Shown here piece by piece: positions 1 to 10,567 of a stretch of 58,195 nucleotides of DNA; within the stretch, counting starts at the first letter, position 1; each line of letters begins with the position of its first letter. The stretch is from a bacterium UBP8_UBA817 (GTDB lineage: Bacteria > Margulisbacteria > Marinamargulisbacteria > UBA817). Below the pieces are notes generated by a model, which ran no database searches, had not been told where the DNA came from, and was given only the letters and a program-made list of their open reading frames with translations. The stretch is from positions 14,117-72,311 of the forward strand of contig DBHX01000046.1 in NCBI GenBank assembly GCA_002296285.1, given 5' to 3'. The translations under genes and the position numbers were made by a program.

Positions 1-534
1 CATGATACTTTTTATTTGGAAAAAGATCGGGTTATGCGCACCCACACATCATCGGTTCAAATTCGTTATATGAAGGATCATCAGCCCCCAGTTAAAATTA
101 TTGCTCCAGGGCAAGTATTTCGATGCGATGCGGACAGAACCCATTCTCCAATGTTTCATCAATTGGAAGGGCTTTATGTTAATCATGGGGTATCATTACC
201 CGAATTAAAATTTACACTCGAGACATTATTAAAAATATTTTTTGAGGATGATTTTCCAATTCGATATCGTTCCAGCTATTTTCCATTTACTGAGCCATCA
301 TTTGAAGTGGATGTTCAATTTAAATCCACTGGAGAATGGATGGAAGTATTGGGCGCTGGGATGGTGCATCGAAACGTATTTCGATCGGTTAAGTATGATC
401 CCGATCAAGTCACTGGGTTTGCCTTTGGTTTGGGCATCGATCGATTGGCCATGTTAAAGTATGGGATTCAAGACATCCGTGCATTTTACGACAATGATAT
501 TCGATTTTTACGACAAGGAGCCGGCGCATGTTAG
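1..534 (+). CDS. pheS: Phenylalanine--tRNA ligase alpha subunit, C-terminal part (5' end lies outside the window)
   Basis: Frame 1 is open from nt 1. The translation (RTHTSSVQIRYM, FRCD, FHQLEGL, FPFTEPS, GAGMVHRNV, GFAFGLGIDRLAML) matches the class II PheS catalytic core. Stop TAG 532-534 overlaps the pheT ATG at 528. Confidence 0.95.
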   Translation, partial: HDTFYLEKDRVMRTHTSSVQIRYMKDHQPPVKIIAPGQVFRCDADRTHSPMFHQLEGLYVNHGVSLPELKFTLETLLKIFFEDDFPIRYRSSYFPFTEPSFEVDVQFKSTGEWMEVLGAGMVHRNVFRSVKYDPDQVTGFAFGLGIDRLAMLKYGIQDIRAFYDNDIRFLRQGAGAC

Positions 535-2813
535 TATCCCTCAATTGGTTTAAAGAATTTGCTGTGTTTCCGGACGAAAAAACTTTAATTCATGATTTAA
601 ATCGGATTGGATTTGAAATTGAAGCGGTTCATCACAAAGGGCGGGACTTATCAAAGATTGTGGTGGGGCATATTAAAGAATTTAAAGCACACCCAGATGC
701 GGATCGTTTGCGGGTTGCGCAAGTGGATATTGGCAGCGACACCATTCAAATTGTCACCGCGGCAGATAACGTGAATGAGGGCGATAAAATTCCAGTGAGT
801 TTGCATGGGGCGACGTTGGCTGGTGGGCTTAAAATAAAAAAAGGAAAACTTCGTGGCGTTGAGTCCAATGGCATGATGTGTTCGGCCGTAGAATGTGGAT
901 TAACGGACACATCGCCGGGTGTTTGGGTACTTCCAACGGACACGCCCGTGGGTGTTGATTTCATTGAGGCCGCCGGTTTGCTGGATACCGTTCTCGATGT
1001 TTCCATTTTGCCCAATCGTGGGGATGCCCTAAGTTTATTGGGATTGGCCCGGGAATGCCACGCACTGTATGGTGAATCAAAATCATTTTCGCCCAAAGAA
1101 ATAGCTCCGACTCAACAAAGTAATATCACGTGTGAGATTGATTCAACTTTTTGTTCGTACTATCGAGCTCAAAAAATATCTGGTGTTCATAACAAATCAA
1201 CCCCATTGCAGTTTCAAACAAAGCTCTATTACTCAGGATTTCGACCGCTATCGTGGTTGGTGGATGTCACGAACATTGTCATGATCGAAACTGGGCAGCC
1301 CATGCATGCATTTGATGCGGCCAATATTGAATCCATTCGTGCCACGCTTGCCCAGGGGCAATCCGTTGAATTATTAAATGAAAAAACATACACATTGGAT
1401 GCAACCATTCCCATCATTGAGTGCAATGGTCGCATTGAGGCTGTGGCTGGTGTCATGGGGGCTAGAGAAAGTGAAGTTAGTGATGCGACCAATACCATTG
1501 TATTGGAAACCGCCCTATTTGATTCTGTGGTGGTTCGAAAAGCGACCAAAATGTTGGGGGTTCGTTCAGAAAGTTCCAATCGTTTTGAGAAACATGTGGA
1601 TGCCGCGGGCCTCATGCTGGCGGTTGCCCGTGTTCATGAATTATTGGCCATGCATGATGATATTCATGTGCATGAACCCGCAGTTAAAGGGGATCTGGCC
1701 CAACAAACAACCACCATTGATATTCACATGGATACCATCAATCAGTTCTTGGGAACATCGTATTCTCTAGACCAGCTAAAGCAACAGTTGATCCCTTTGG
1801 GGTTTGGTGTGGACGGCACGCAGGTGCATGTTCCAAGTTTTAGGGCCCATGATTGCCAAGAATGGCCAGACATTGCAGAAGAAATGTGTCGCTTTTCAGG
1901 AATTGAAGGTGTCCCGCCGACACCCATGGCCCATATGCTACGTGTTCAGCACCATCCGCTTTGGACGAAGCGCCAAGACTTTCAGCAGCGTGCATTGCAT
2001 CTGGGGTTAACGGAAGTGGTCCCATTTCCACTGCTTGAAAATGATGTGGATGGGCAACCGGCCATCTTAAATCCAATAACGCCAGAATTGACAGCTTTAC
2101 GATCAAATGCAATGCAATCACTCATTGACATTGCGGCGTTTAATGCCACCCGTCACTCATTGCCTTGTCGATTATTTTCAATGGGGCCAGTGTGGTCAAG
2201 CTGTGGTCACGAAGCGTGGCATTTCTCTGGATTAATTGCGGGAGATCGTCATCACGAACCCCACGCAAGTACTCATCAAACGGGCATTGATTTTTATTAT
2301 ATTAAAGGGGTGGTTGAGCAGTTATTGGGTCATGAATTTGATGTTCAACGATCTGATAATTTACGCTTGCATCCAGGGCAGTCTGCTGATATTTTAGTGG
2401 ACGGTAGCGCAATAGGGTGTTTTGGTATGTTGCATCCCAGCATTCAATCCAAGCGAAAGTTGGGCGTTTGCGGATTAATCGAGTTTAATTTGGCAGCAAC
2501 CGGGGGCAATTCAATGCATCAATATCAACTTATTTCAAAGTACCCATCCACCACACGCGATGTCACCTATATTATGGATCAAGGGGTTTCGGTAGGGGAT
2601 GCATTGGCCATTCTTCGTGCCAATAAGCCAACCGCTTGTGAATCCATCATTTTATGCGGGGTTTATCAAAAACCAGGCCATGATGAAGTGAATGTGTCGT
2701 TTCGCATGATTTACCAAGATAATGAAGGTTCCCTTGAAATGGCAAAAGTGAATGCCATTCATAAAACATTTGCCGAAGAAGTCGTGCAAAAATTACCGTG
2801 CCGATTCCCATAA
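528..2813 (+). CDS. pheT: Phenylalanine--tRNA ligase beta subunit
   Basis: 761-aa ORF coupled to pheS. The N-terminus MLVSLNWFKEF, the tRNA-binding region (HPDADRLRVAQVDIG), the B3/4 and B5 regions and the C-terminal anticodon-binding-like domain are typical of bacterial PheT. Confidence 0.95.
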   Translation: MLVSLNWFKEFAVFPDEKTLIHDLNRIGFEIEAVHHKGRDLSKIVVGHIKEFKAHPDADRLRVAQVDIGSDTIQIVTAADNVNEGDKIPVSLHGATLAGGLKIKKGKLRGVESNGMMCSAVECGLTDTSPGVWVLPTDTPVGVDFIEAAGLLDTVLDVSILPNRGDALSLLGLARECHALYGESKSFSPKEIAPTQQSNITCEIDSTFCSYYRAQKISGVHNKSTPLQFQTKLYYSGFRPLSWLVDVTNIVMIETGQPMHAFDAANIESIRATLAQGQSVELLNEKTYTLDATIPIIECNGRIEAVAGVMGARESEVSDATNTIVLETALFDSVVVRKATKMLGVRSESSNRFEKHVDAAGLMLAVARVHELLAMHDDIHVHEPAVKGDLAQQTTTIDIHMDTINQFLGTSYSLDQLKQQLIPLGFGVDGTQVHVPSFRAHDCQEWPDIAEEMCRFSGIEGVPPTPMAHMLRVQHHPLWTKRQDFQQRALHLGLTEVVPFPLLENDVDGQPAILNPITPELTALRSNAMQSLIDIAAFNATRHSLPCRLFSMGPVWSSCGHEAWHFSGLIAGDRHHEPHASTHQTGIDFYYIKGVVEQLLGHEFDVQRSDNLRLHPGQSADILVDGSAIGCFGMLHPSIQSKRKLGVCGLIEFNLAATGGNSMHQYQLISKYPSTTRDVTYIMDQGVSVGDALAILRANKPTACESIILCGVYQKPGHDEVNVSFRMIYQDNEGSLEMAKVNAIHKTFAEEVVQKLPCRFP

Positions 2814-2820
2814 TCGAGGC

Positions 2821-2851
2821 AAAAAAAACGCTCATCCACGGATGAGCGTTT
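2821..2851. terminator. Bidirectional rho-independent terminator between the convergent pheT and small ORF
   Basis: Perfect 11-bp stem AAACGCTCATC / GATGAGCGTTT with loop CACG. An A-run lies upstream and a T-run downstream. It sits 8 nt after the pheT stop. Confidence 0.6.
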
Positions 2852-2877
2852 AACTAGATTAGGTCAAAATGTAGTGG

Positions 2878-3180
2878 TTATGCCGCCGAAGCGTCAGCAA
2901 CTTTACCAAGCTCTCCAGTGGTTTGAGGTTTCATTGACCCAGAAGATATACTTACCTTTTCTAACGAAGCTTCCATTTCTTTTACTTTGGTTCCGTCCAC
3001 AACTGAAGCATTGACTTTGCCAGCTCCTCCCTGCATCTCTAAACTATGTTTTGTAGTGCCTTCCATAATACGTGAAGTGTCAGCATTAGCGGATCCTAAT
3101 CTTTGAGAAACCAATGTTTCCTTACGGACTCTCGTCTGTACTGGACTTAGTGACCGTCCATCTGATTTTGCAACTGCCAT
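2878..3180 (-). CDS. Small hypothetical protein (100 aa), low-complexity and probably disordered
   Basis: ATG at 3180 is preceded by GGAGG at an 8-nt spacing on the minus strand. The 111-aa track ORF probably over-extends the start. The composition is rich in S, T, G, K and E, and I recognise no family. Confidence 0.5.
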   Translation of the reverse strand: MAVAKSDGRSLSPVQTRVRKETLVSQRLGSANADTSRIMEGTTKHSLEMQGGAGKVNASVVDGTKVKEMEASLEKVSISSGSMKPQTTGELGKVADASAA

Positions 3181-3301
3181 AATAAATAACCTCCGATGAA
3201 TCATTGACATCAAAACAGTAGTTACTTCATTTGATCATATGATTTATTTAAGTAAATTTTATCATGGGGGAAATTAAAACACAAAGCTCTTTCTTGCATC
3301 A

Positions 3302-5734
3302 ATGGGGGGTTCATTTATAATGGTAGGTATGTCGATGACACCAATGATGGAACAATATGACAGCATAAAAAAGAAACACAAGGATGCCATTTTATTTTTT
3401 AGATTGGGTGATTTTTATGAAATGTTTCATGATGATGCCAAGATTGCATCAAAGGTTTTATCCTTAACCTTAACGGGGCGCGGCAAAGATGACAAACGGA
3501 TTCCCATGTGTGGCATTCCCTTTCACGCCGCTGAAAATTATGTGTCTAAGTTAGTAGAGCATGGCTACAAAGTGGCCATTTGTGAACAAATGGAGGGTGA
3601 TTTTGATGGAAAAGGCCCAACACCACGTGATGTTGTTCGAGTCGTAACCCCTGGAACCACTCAGTTGGATCCGGTGCTTGAGTCCACAGCGGCCAATTAC
3701 TTGGTGGCCATTCATCAAGCCAGATCTTCGGTTGGTTATGCGGTGGTGGATGCCACAACGGGGGAATTTTTTTGTGACGTTGTTGATTCACTGGACAACG
3801 CTCAACGAGAACTGATGCGCCTGGATGCCCGTGAAGTATTGGTCTCAGATGCATGCTTTGATGCCATTAACCATCCATCCAAAAGCGCTTTTTTTCCATT
3901 TGAAACCCAGCAGGCCAAAACCTATATTTTAAATCATTTTAATGTGCAATCATTGGCGGTATTTCACATTGAAGATAATCAATCCGCATTTCCAGCCATC
4001 GTGGCCATATTGGATTACTTGGCATACACACAAAAATCAAGTCTTAAACATATTCATCAGATTCGGGCAAGAACAACCAAAGATTGTTGCGTATTTGATC
4101 AAGGGGTAATGGATCATTTGGACCTATTTAAAAAAAAGATGGGGTTATTTTCACTCATTAATCATACCAACACGAGCATGGGATCAAGACAGTTACGTGA
4201 ATGGCTTCGATACCCCTTGATCGATGAGGATAAAATACAAACGCGTCAGCAACAAGTCACGCATTTAATAAATCAGGATGTGTTTTCAAAATGGGCCAAC
4301 TTAACCGATCATTTAAACGATATTGAACGATTACTTGCAAAAATTTGTGTGCGTGTAAATAACCCCAAAGACATGGTGGCATTGTCTCAATCCTTGGGTT
4401 CTATTCACGATGTTTTGGGGTTTGTAAATCAATTGGGATCTGTTTTTTCATCCCAGTCATTGCCCTTGAGTGCCATCATTGATGGGGGCTTGCAAGAGCT
4501 AGCGCATACCTTAAATACAGCCTTGCTGGATGATGTTCCCAATCATTGCCGAGAGGGTGGGATTTTCCGGCCGGGGCACAGTCAATCGCTTGATGAGCTT
4601 TGCGAATCATTCGCCACAATTCGTCAATGGATCAAAGATCTTGAACCTCAACTGAGAGAACAGTTGCAGATCAAAAGCTTAAAGGTCGGATTTAACAAAG
4701 TATTTGGGTACTACATTGAAATTCCAAACACCCATAAAGACAAAGTGCCAGACCATTTTATTCGAAAACAAACCCTCACAACGGCTGAGCGCTACATTAC
4801 CACCACACTCAAGGAAAAAGAAACCATACTATTAAATGCCCAACAAGAGCAAGCCAATTTGGAAAAACGATTGTACGAAGAGCTCATTCAAACCGTTGAA
4901 GCATGCGTGCCACATTTGCAGGAATACGCATCGATTATTGCTCATATGGATGCCATACAATCCATGGCCAGTGTGGCCATTAAGCACAACTTCACTTGCC
5001 CAACCATTCATGGCCAGCCCCAGTCGGATTTGGTCATCCAAGGCTTATGGCATCCCATGGTGGCTGAACATCAATCCACGCCATTCATCAGAAACGATGT
5101 GGCTTTGCCAAAAGATCAACCATTCATGCTCATTACCGGACCAAATATGGCCGGTAAATCCACGGTAATGCGCAGTGTGGCCCTGTGTGTCATCATGGGT
5201 CAGATGGGTGGGTATGTCCCCGCTGAAATGGCTCATTTTCGAATTGTGGAATCCTTGTACACGCGCATTGGCGCCAGTGATAAATTGGCCGAAGGACAGT
5301 CAACATTTATGGTCGAAATGGTTGAAACGGCCACCATTTGCCAAAATGCGGATCAGCATAGTTTGATTTTGCTGGATGAAATTGGTCGAGGGACGTCCAC
5401 CTTTGATGGGGTAAGCATTGCGGCTGCGGTCAGTGAATACTTGGTCTCCAATATTCAAGCACGAACCTTATTTGCTACCCATTACCATGAGCTCACCGCA
5501 TTGTCTGAAAAATACCCGCAAATACAAAATGCATCCATGAAAATCAATGATGATGGCGAATCATTGATCTTTGCTTATAAGTTAACGTCCGGGGCGGCTG
5601 AAAAGAGTTACGGAGTTATGGTGGCAAAAATGGCGGGGCTTCCAATCGCCGTCACCCAAAAAGCTCAAGACTGGTTGGATAAATTTGAGAAAGATGCAAC
5701 AACCGGTGAGATTGTCCAATTGCAGTTATTTTAA
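3302..5734 (+). CDS. mutS: DNA mismatch repair protein MutS
   Basis: The N-terminus TPMMEQYDSIKKKH..LFFRLGDFYEMF and the Walker A motif GPNMAGKST, with STFMVEM and DEIGRGTSTFDG, are MutS hallmarks. The true start may be an internal ATG at 3320-3335. Confidence 0.93.
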   Translation: MGGSFIMVGMSMTPMMEQYDSIKKKHKDAILFFRLGDFYEMFHDDAKIASKVLSLTLTGRGKDDKRIPMCGIPFHAAENYVSKLVEHGYKVAICEQMEGDFDGKGPTPRDVVRVVTPGTTQLDPVLESTAANYLVAIHQARSSVGYAVVDATTGEFFCDVVDSLDNAQRELMRLDAREVLVSDACFDAINHPSKSAFFPFETQQAKTYILNHFNVQSLAVFHIEDNQSAFPAIVAILDYLAYTQKSSLKHIHQIRARTTKDCCVFDQGVMDHLDLFKKKMGLFSLINHTNTSMGSRQLREWLRYPLIDEDKIQTRQQQVTHLINQDVFSKWANLTDHLNDIERLLAKICVRVNNPKDMVALSQSLGSIHDVLGFVNQLGSVFSSQSLPLSAIIDGGLQELAHTLNTALLDDVPNHCREGGIFRPGHSQSLDELCESFATIRQWIKDLEPQLREQLQIKSLKVGFNKVFGYYIEIPNTHKDKVPDHFIRKQTLTTAERYITTTLKEKETILLNAQQEQANLEKRLYEELIQTVEACVPHLQEYASIIAHMDAIQSMASVAIKHNFTCPTIHGQPQSDLVIQGLWHPMVAEHQSTPFIRNDVALPKDQPFMLITGPNMAGKSTVMRSVALCVIMGQMGGYVPAEMAHFRIVESLYTRIGASDKLAEGQSTFMVEMVETATICQNADQHSLILLDEIGRGTSTFDGVSIAAAVSEYLVSNIQARTLFATHYHELTALSEKYPQIQNASMKINDDGESLIFAYKLTSGAAEKSYGVMVAKMAGLPIAVTQKAQDWLDKFEKDATTGEIVQLQLF

Positions 5735-6630
5735 CGCAATAGTAATAATCCGATTGGAAGGCACCCAAACGCCAGTATAAACGAAATAAACGATACCCAG
5801 GCAACCTTATCGGGGTAACAATCATACAGGGATGCGAGATTTACATTATTTACGGCAATGGGCACCAGTGCTTGCAATAGAATTAAATGGGCATAGAAAG
5901 GTTTTATATCAAATAACGTGATGGTGATAAGTGCAATGATTGGCAATAATATGAATTTAGAGCCCAAAACAATGCTGGCGATTCTTGGGTAAAATACCCG
6001 CCATGACACAGTGGCTAAAAACATGCCAAAAATAACAAGTTGAATCACAATCCCGGCATAAGCCATGATTTCTAAAAGTAAGAATAGGTGATTGGCAATG
6101 AGAATACCGTTCCATTGAATAATAAAAGCCAATCCAGTGGCCCAAATGAGGGGCAGTTTTAATACGTTGAGTATGGATTCTTTCACAGAAAAAGTCCCTC
6201 TCGAGTAGGTATAAGCCCCAATGGTCATAACAAAAATGGCATTGACTAAATTGATCATGGCTGTGTAAGGGACAGATTCAACACCATACATGGCGAATCC
6301 AATGGGAATGCCCATGTTTCCTGTATTTCCGATCATCCCAGTAATGGTTCCAATGGCTTGGTGTTTTGCATGGGTTAAAAACCGTTGACTTAACCAAAAG
6401 CTAATTAGTGTACCAACCATTAACATGATTAAGAAGTAAGCGGGAATTAAAATAAGTTCAATATTTAGCGGTTTGGATAAGATTCCCCAAATCATAACTA
6501 TGGGCATAAAAAAATAGATGTAAATAGTAACAAAGGATTGTTGATGAAGGGTATCATAAAATAGTCTTTTTGCAATAAATCCAATAACAACAAACACGTA
6601 GATCGTGAGTAAACCAACCATTAAATCCAT
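5731..6630 (-). CDS. AEC-family (auxin efflux carrier-like) membrane transporter
   Basis: 299 aa with about 10 hydrophobic segments. The overall length and the GNTGNMGIPIG motif resemble the membrane transport protein family PF03547. Its stop overlaps the mutS stop by 4 nt. Confidence 0.7.
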   Translation of the reverse strand: MDLMVGLLTIYVFVVIGFIAKRLFYDTLHQQSFVTIYIYFFMPIVMIWGILSKPLNIELILIPAYFLIMLMVGTLISFWLSQRFLTHAKHQAIGTITGMIGNTGNMGIPIGFAMYGVESVPYTAMINLVNAIFVMTIGAYTYSRGTFSVKESILNVLKLPLIWATGLAFIIQWNGILIANHLFLLLEIMAYAGIVIQLVIFGMFLATVSWRVFYPRIASIVLGSKFILLPIIALITITLFDIKPFYAHLILLQALVPIAVNNVNLASLYDCYPDKVAWVSFISFILAFGCLPIGLLLLR

Positions 6631-6697
6631 AAATATTAGTATAGCATGGTAAATTTAGTGATTGACGAAGAAATGGTCCAATGAATACCATAAACAT

Positions 6698-7276
6698 ATG
6701 GAAGCAATATCAACTCCTCTTGCTGGCGTAAAAATTATTATTCCAATGGTTCATGGCGATGATCGTGGTTTCTTTAAAGAAGTCATTCACCCTCAAAAAT
6801 TAGCCGATGTGGGCATTAATCATCGGTTTGTCCAAATGAATCATTCCAGGTCTCAGCAATGGACATTACGGGGACTTCATTTCCAACTGCCGCCTTATGG
6901 ACAATCAAAATTGGTTCGTTGTTTACGCGGTCAAATCTATGATGTTGCAGTGGACGTTCGGCCAAAAAGCCCAACGTTTGGACAATCTTTTGGAATTGAG
7001 CTATCGGAAGAAAACCACAAGATGCTCTATGTTCCTGTGGGGTTTGCCCATGGTTTTTTAGCGTTAACCGATTGTGATATTGAGTATGCCTGCGGGGATT
7101 TGTATGCCGTGGATTTCGAACGTTCGATTGCCTGGAATGATGTTAGCCTTGGCATCAAATGGCCGTTGGATGGGAATGTGCCGTTATTATCTCCAAAAGA
7201 TGATAACGCCCCTAAATTGAGCTTTATTAAAGATCAGCTTCATTGGCCTCATGAGGCATATGCCATTAATGGCTAG
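6698..7276 (+). CDS. rfbC: dTDP-4-dehydrorhamnose 3,5-epimerase-like cupin
   Basis: The [33 protein letters not shown] and VPVGFAHGF motifs are typical of RmlC. I prefer the ATG at 6698 ([11 protein letters not shown]) over the TTG at 6662 used in the track. Confidence 0.8.
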   Translation: MEAISTPLAGVKIIIPMVHGDDRGFFKEVIHPQKLADVGINHRFVQMNHSRSQQWTLRGLHFQLPPYGQSKLVRCLRGQIYDVAVDVRPKSPTFGQSFGIELSEENHKMLYVPVGFAHGFLALTDCDIEYACGDLYAVDFERSIAWNDVSLGIKWPLDGNVPLLSPKDDNAPKLSFIKDQLHWPHEAYAING

Positions 7277-8852
7277 ATTCAGATGTGAAATGGAAGTCAA
7301 TGTCTTCCTGCTCTTTAATTTCTCTTTCGAGACTCCATCGCGTTTCTGTTAAAAAGACCCAATGCCCATCTTTATCTTTGGCGATTTGAGATTTTCTTCG
7401 CCGAATAAAATCAGACATGACCTCATCTTTTTCAGAGGTAATCCAACAGGCTTTGGTATAATTTAAGGGCTCAAATCGACATTTGGCTTGATATTCATGC
7501 TCTAAGCGGTACTGAATCACATCAAATTGAAGCACTCCCACGGTTCCAATCATCGGTTGCCCATCAATTTCCTTATAGAATAATTGTGCAACGCCTTCTT
7601 CACTTAACTGTTCCAGTCCCTTTTTTAATTGCTTGGATTTCATGGGATCCAAATTTTTAACGGTTTTAAATATTTCAGGTGAAAATGAGGGGATTCCTGT
7701 GAAGTGGAATGCATCCCCTTCAGTTAATGTGTCTCCGATTTTAAGATTGCCTGTGTCATGCAATCCGATGATATCGCCTGGGAAAGCTTCATCAATGACG
7801 GTTTTTGATTGGGCCATAAATGCGGTTGGGTTCACACTTCGGATTTGTTTTTCACTTCGTACATGAAAGTATTTTTTTTGACGTTCAAATGTCCCGGAAC
7901 AAATTCTTAAAAAAGCGATACGATCGCGGTGCTTTGGATCAATATTGGCATGAATTTTAAAAATAAACCCGGAAAACTTTGGTTGAATGGGTTCGATGGT
8001 TCCGTGGGTGGTGGCTCTATTTTTTGGGGGTGGGGCAATGTCAATAAAGCAGTCTAGCAGTTCTTTTACACCAAAATTATTCAATGCGGATCCAAAAAAC
8101 ACTGGCGTGATGGTGCCCGTCAAGTAGGCGTTTAAATCAAAGGGCGGATATACTTCAACCAGTTCCATGTCATCTTTTAACTGATTCGTGGCGTCTTCGC
8201 CAATAAGGTCAACCAATTTGGGATCATTTAAATCGGTGATTTTAACAGTGTCATGAGCATCTTGTTTTTGATGGGGTTTATACAAAACCAATTCTTTTGA
8301 ATAGATGTTATATACCCCTTTAAATGCTTTGCCGGATCCAATGGGCCAACTTAATGGGCAGACCTGAATCTTTAAGCTAGACTCTATATTGTCCAATAAT
8401 TCGATGGGACTCATGCCTTCTCGATCCATTTTGTTGATGAATGTGATGATTGGCGTATCCCTCATTCGGCAAACTTCCATGAGTTTAAACGTTTGCGTTT
8501 CAACACCCTTGGTGGAATCAATAACCATAATTACAGAATCAACGGCCGTGAGTGTACGGTAGGTATCTTCACAAAAATCTTTGTGACCAGGGGTGTCCAA
8601 AATATTAATCTTTCTATTGTTGTATTCAAATCCCATCACGGACGTTGCAACAGAAATGCCCCGTTGTTTTTCAATTTCCATAAAATCAGAGGTTGCATGG
8701 CGAGATGCTTTTTTTGCCTTAATGGCACCAGCCACCTGGATGGCACCACCGAACAGAAGGAATTTTTCAGTCAGCGTTGTTTTTCCGGCATCCGGGTGAG
8801 AGATAATTCCAAAAGTTCGTCGTTTTAATATTTCTGCATTCAAATCAGACAT
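7266..8852 (-). CDS. prfC: Peptide chain release factor 3 (GTPase)
   Basis: 528 aa. [19 protein letters not shown] (G1), DTPGHKDF (G3) and NKMD (G4) sit in the RF3-type domain order. Confidence 0.95.
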   Translation of the reverse strand: MSDLNAEILKRRTFGIISHPDAGKTTLTEKFLLFGGAIQVAGAIKAKKASRHATSDFMEIEKQRGISVATSVMGFEYNNRKINILDTPGHKDFCEDTYRTLTAVDSVIMVIDSTKGVETQTFKLMEVCRMRDTPIITFINKMDREGMSPIELLDNIESSLKIQVCPLSWPIGSGKAFKGVYNIYSKELVLYKPHQKQDAHDTVKITDLNDPKLVDLIGEDATNQLKDDMELVEVYPPFDLNAYLTGTITPVFFGSALNNFGVKELLDCFIDIAPPPKNRATTHGTIEPIQPKFSGFIFKIHANIDPKHRDRIAFLRICSGTFERQKKYFHVRSEKQIRSVNPTAFMAQSKTVIDEAFPGDIIGLHDTGNLKIGDTLTEGDAFHFTGIPSFSPEIFKTVKNLDPMKSKQLKKGLEQLSEEGVAQLFYKEIDGQPMIGTVGVLQFDVIQYRLEHEYQAKCRFEPLNYTKACWITSEKDEVMSDFIRRRKSQIAKDKDGHWVFLTETRWSLEREIKEQEDIDFHFTSESSH

Positions 8853-8889
8853 ATAGAAACATTATCAAAGCCCATGCCCCTAGACAAGG

Positions 8890-9276
8890 TCAAATTTGTT
8901 CAGCTTTAATGGGTGCAATGGAATGATGCCCAAACGCATAAAACCAACGGCCCTCTTTTTTTACAAAGTGACTGTCTTCGTGAAGAACAAATAGAGAGCC
9001 TTCATCCAAATAAAACGCTTTGAATTCCACGGTTCCAACCAAATCGTTAACTTCACCATTATTGGTTTTAATAATGCTCAGTTTGACCCAATCTACTGGC
9101 TCATTAATGAGCATTTGTTCGATGGATGTTTGTTGAAGATAATCGAATTGTTGCAAGCAAAAGGCGGTGTAACGACTTCGCATTAATTGCACAGCAAGTT
9201 TAGGACATGATGTTCGGTTCACATACGGTTCACAACAATTGGCATATGGACGTCCTGAATGGCAATAACACATCAT
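8890..9276 (-). CDS. YchJ-family protein (SEC-C metal-binding motif plus NTF2-like domain)
   Basis: The N-terminus MMCYCHSGRPYANCCEPY is a SEC-C motif, and the remainder resembles UPF0225/YchJ. The longer track ORF (to 9333) would run through the terminator hairpin at 9316-9343, so the start at 9276 is preferred. Confidence 0.75.
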   Translation of the reverse strand: MMCYCHSGRPYANCCEPYVNRTSCPKLAVQLMRSRYTAFCLQQFDYLQQTSIEQMLINEPVDWVKLSIIKTNNGEVNDLVGTVEFKAFYLDEGSLFVLHEDSHFVKKEGRWFYAFGHHSIAPIKAEQI

Positions 9277-9315
9277 CTCTTCAGTATAAATTTTCAAGGA
9301 TAAAACTGCCAATAA

Positions 9316-9343
9316 ATAAAAAGCCTGGAACAAGTCCAGGCTT
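9316..9343 (-). terminator. Rho-independent terminator of the outer-membrane protein gene
   Basis: Perfect 9-bp stem AAGCCTGGA / TCCAGGCTT with a 5-nt loop. On the minus strand it is followed by a T-run, 26 nt downstream of the stop at 9369. Confidence 0.6.
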
Positions 9344-9368
9344 TATTGGATTAGAAAATAAGGATGAA

Positions 9369-9941
9369 TTAGAAGGCGTAACCTACGTAAACACCCGCTT
9401 GAATCATTCCGTCAATGGTGGCTACTCCAGAGTTGACATCCTCGCTTTCAACCACTGTTTCACTAACTTTTGCTGAAATATCTGGGGATCCCATAATGTA
9501 GCCAGCTGATCCACCAATAATCACGGGGCCAATGCTAAAGTCAGTACCATATTCGATCATTAAACCTGAAAACTTGCCGGATACATCAACCTTTTCACCT
9601 TGGCTAATTTCGCCTTTTGCAATGGTTTGTACGTAAGCATAGTCAACGTTTAATGTGCCGTAACCAAGCCCAATATAACCTAGACCTAATGGAAGTCGGT
9701 AGCGCGCCCCAAATCCAAGACCATTGATGGTTGTTTTTTGACTATCAAGATCAAGTTCACCGGACCCATAGTTAACAAATGCACTCAAATTTGGTAATAC
9801 ATTATTCAATTTTCGTTCGTATTCAAATGATGTCAAACGTGGTAATCCAGCATTTAACTTTACATTATTTTCAAATGCTTGAGTTGAGACTGGCAGTGCA
9901 AGTATGATCGTAGCCAGTAATAAATTAATTGTTTTTTTCAT
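9369..9941 (-). CDS. Small outer-membrane beta-barrel protein (OmpW/OmpX-like size class)
   Basis: Signal peptide MKKTINLLLATIILALPVSTQA. The body has alternating hydrophobic and glycine/aromatic-rich beta-strand periodicity, and the C-terminus ends in ..VGYAF, an OMP-type terminal Phe. Start placed at the internal ATG. Confidence 0.7.
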   Translation of the reverse strand: MKKTINLLLATIILALPVSTQAFENNVKLNAGLPRLTSFEYERKLNNVLPNLSAFVNYGSGELDLDSQKTTINGLGFGARYRLPLGLGYIGLGYGTLNVDYAYVQTIAKGEISQGEKVDVSGKFSGLMIEYGTDFSIGPVIIGGSAGYIMGSPDISAKVSETVVESEDVNSGVATIDGMIQAGVYVGYAF

Positions 9942-10051
9942 AATTAACTCCTTAGAAATAATAAAAATAAGAATCTCATATTTTTGAACTTTTTTCAAAT
10001 AAAATTTTCATAATATTTGACTTTTTAGATTAATTTGAGAAACTTATACAT

Positions 10052-10567
10052 ATGGAAGTAAATTACGACATTTGGACGGGCGAATCTATTCAAGAATTGG
10101 TGCAAATTATCGCGGAGTTTCGATATCAATTGTTAACTCATAATGATAATGTTGACCATCGTTTATCCGATGAGATTAATTTTTTGCAGCATTATTTTGA
10201 TGCTGAATCTTGTATCGTTGTTGCCAATGATTGTGGCGCTATTGTTGGATACATGGCATTGGTGGATTATTCAGATCACCATGAAGCCATCAATGAATAT
10301 GAACATTATGGGGCTGATTTGAAAATTTCTGAGGGACCTTGGGTTCATCCCGACTATCGCAATATGGGAATTGGCAAAGGATTAATGCAAGAGTCTTTGA
10401 CAATTTGTGAAAATAGAGACGTTTCCTTATTGGTGATTGATTCTCAGCCATTGTTACAAACCGAAGACATCATTCTCTCGAGTGAAAAGATTGCCACAGG
10501 ATTTGGTTTTACCAAAGAGCTGATATCGAATAAGTCTATCTATATCAAAACCTTAATTATTAAATAG
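10052..10567 (+). CDS. GNAT-family N-acetyltransferase
   Basis: Motif A-like VHPDYRNMGIGKGLM in a 171-aa protein. Confidence 0.7.
   Translation: MEVNYDIWTGESIQELVQIIAEFRYQLLTHNDNVDHRLSDEINFLQHYFDAESCIVVANDCGAIVGYMALVDYSDHHEAINEYEHYGADLKISEGPWVHPDYRNMGIGKGLMQESLTICENRDVSLLVIDSQPLLQTEDIILSSEKIATGFGFTKELISNKSIYIKTLIIK

Noticed and set aside
746-2121. Several 60-130 aa ORFs on both strands inside pheT (746-1096, 1229-1615, 1378-1770, 1742-1927, 1804-2010, 1840-2121)
   Set aside because: They lie entirely inside a confidently identified long CDS. They have no SD or family features and are typical out-of-frame or antisense shadows. The same reasoning applies to the short ORFs nested in mutS, prfC, thiC, rpoD, topB, the aminotransferase, the CFA cluster and the 1209-aa gene.
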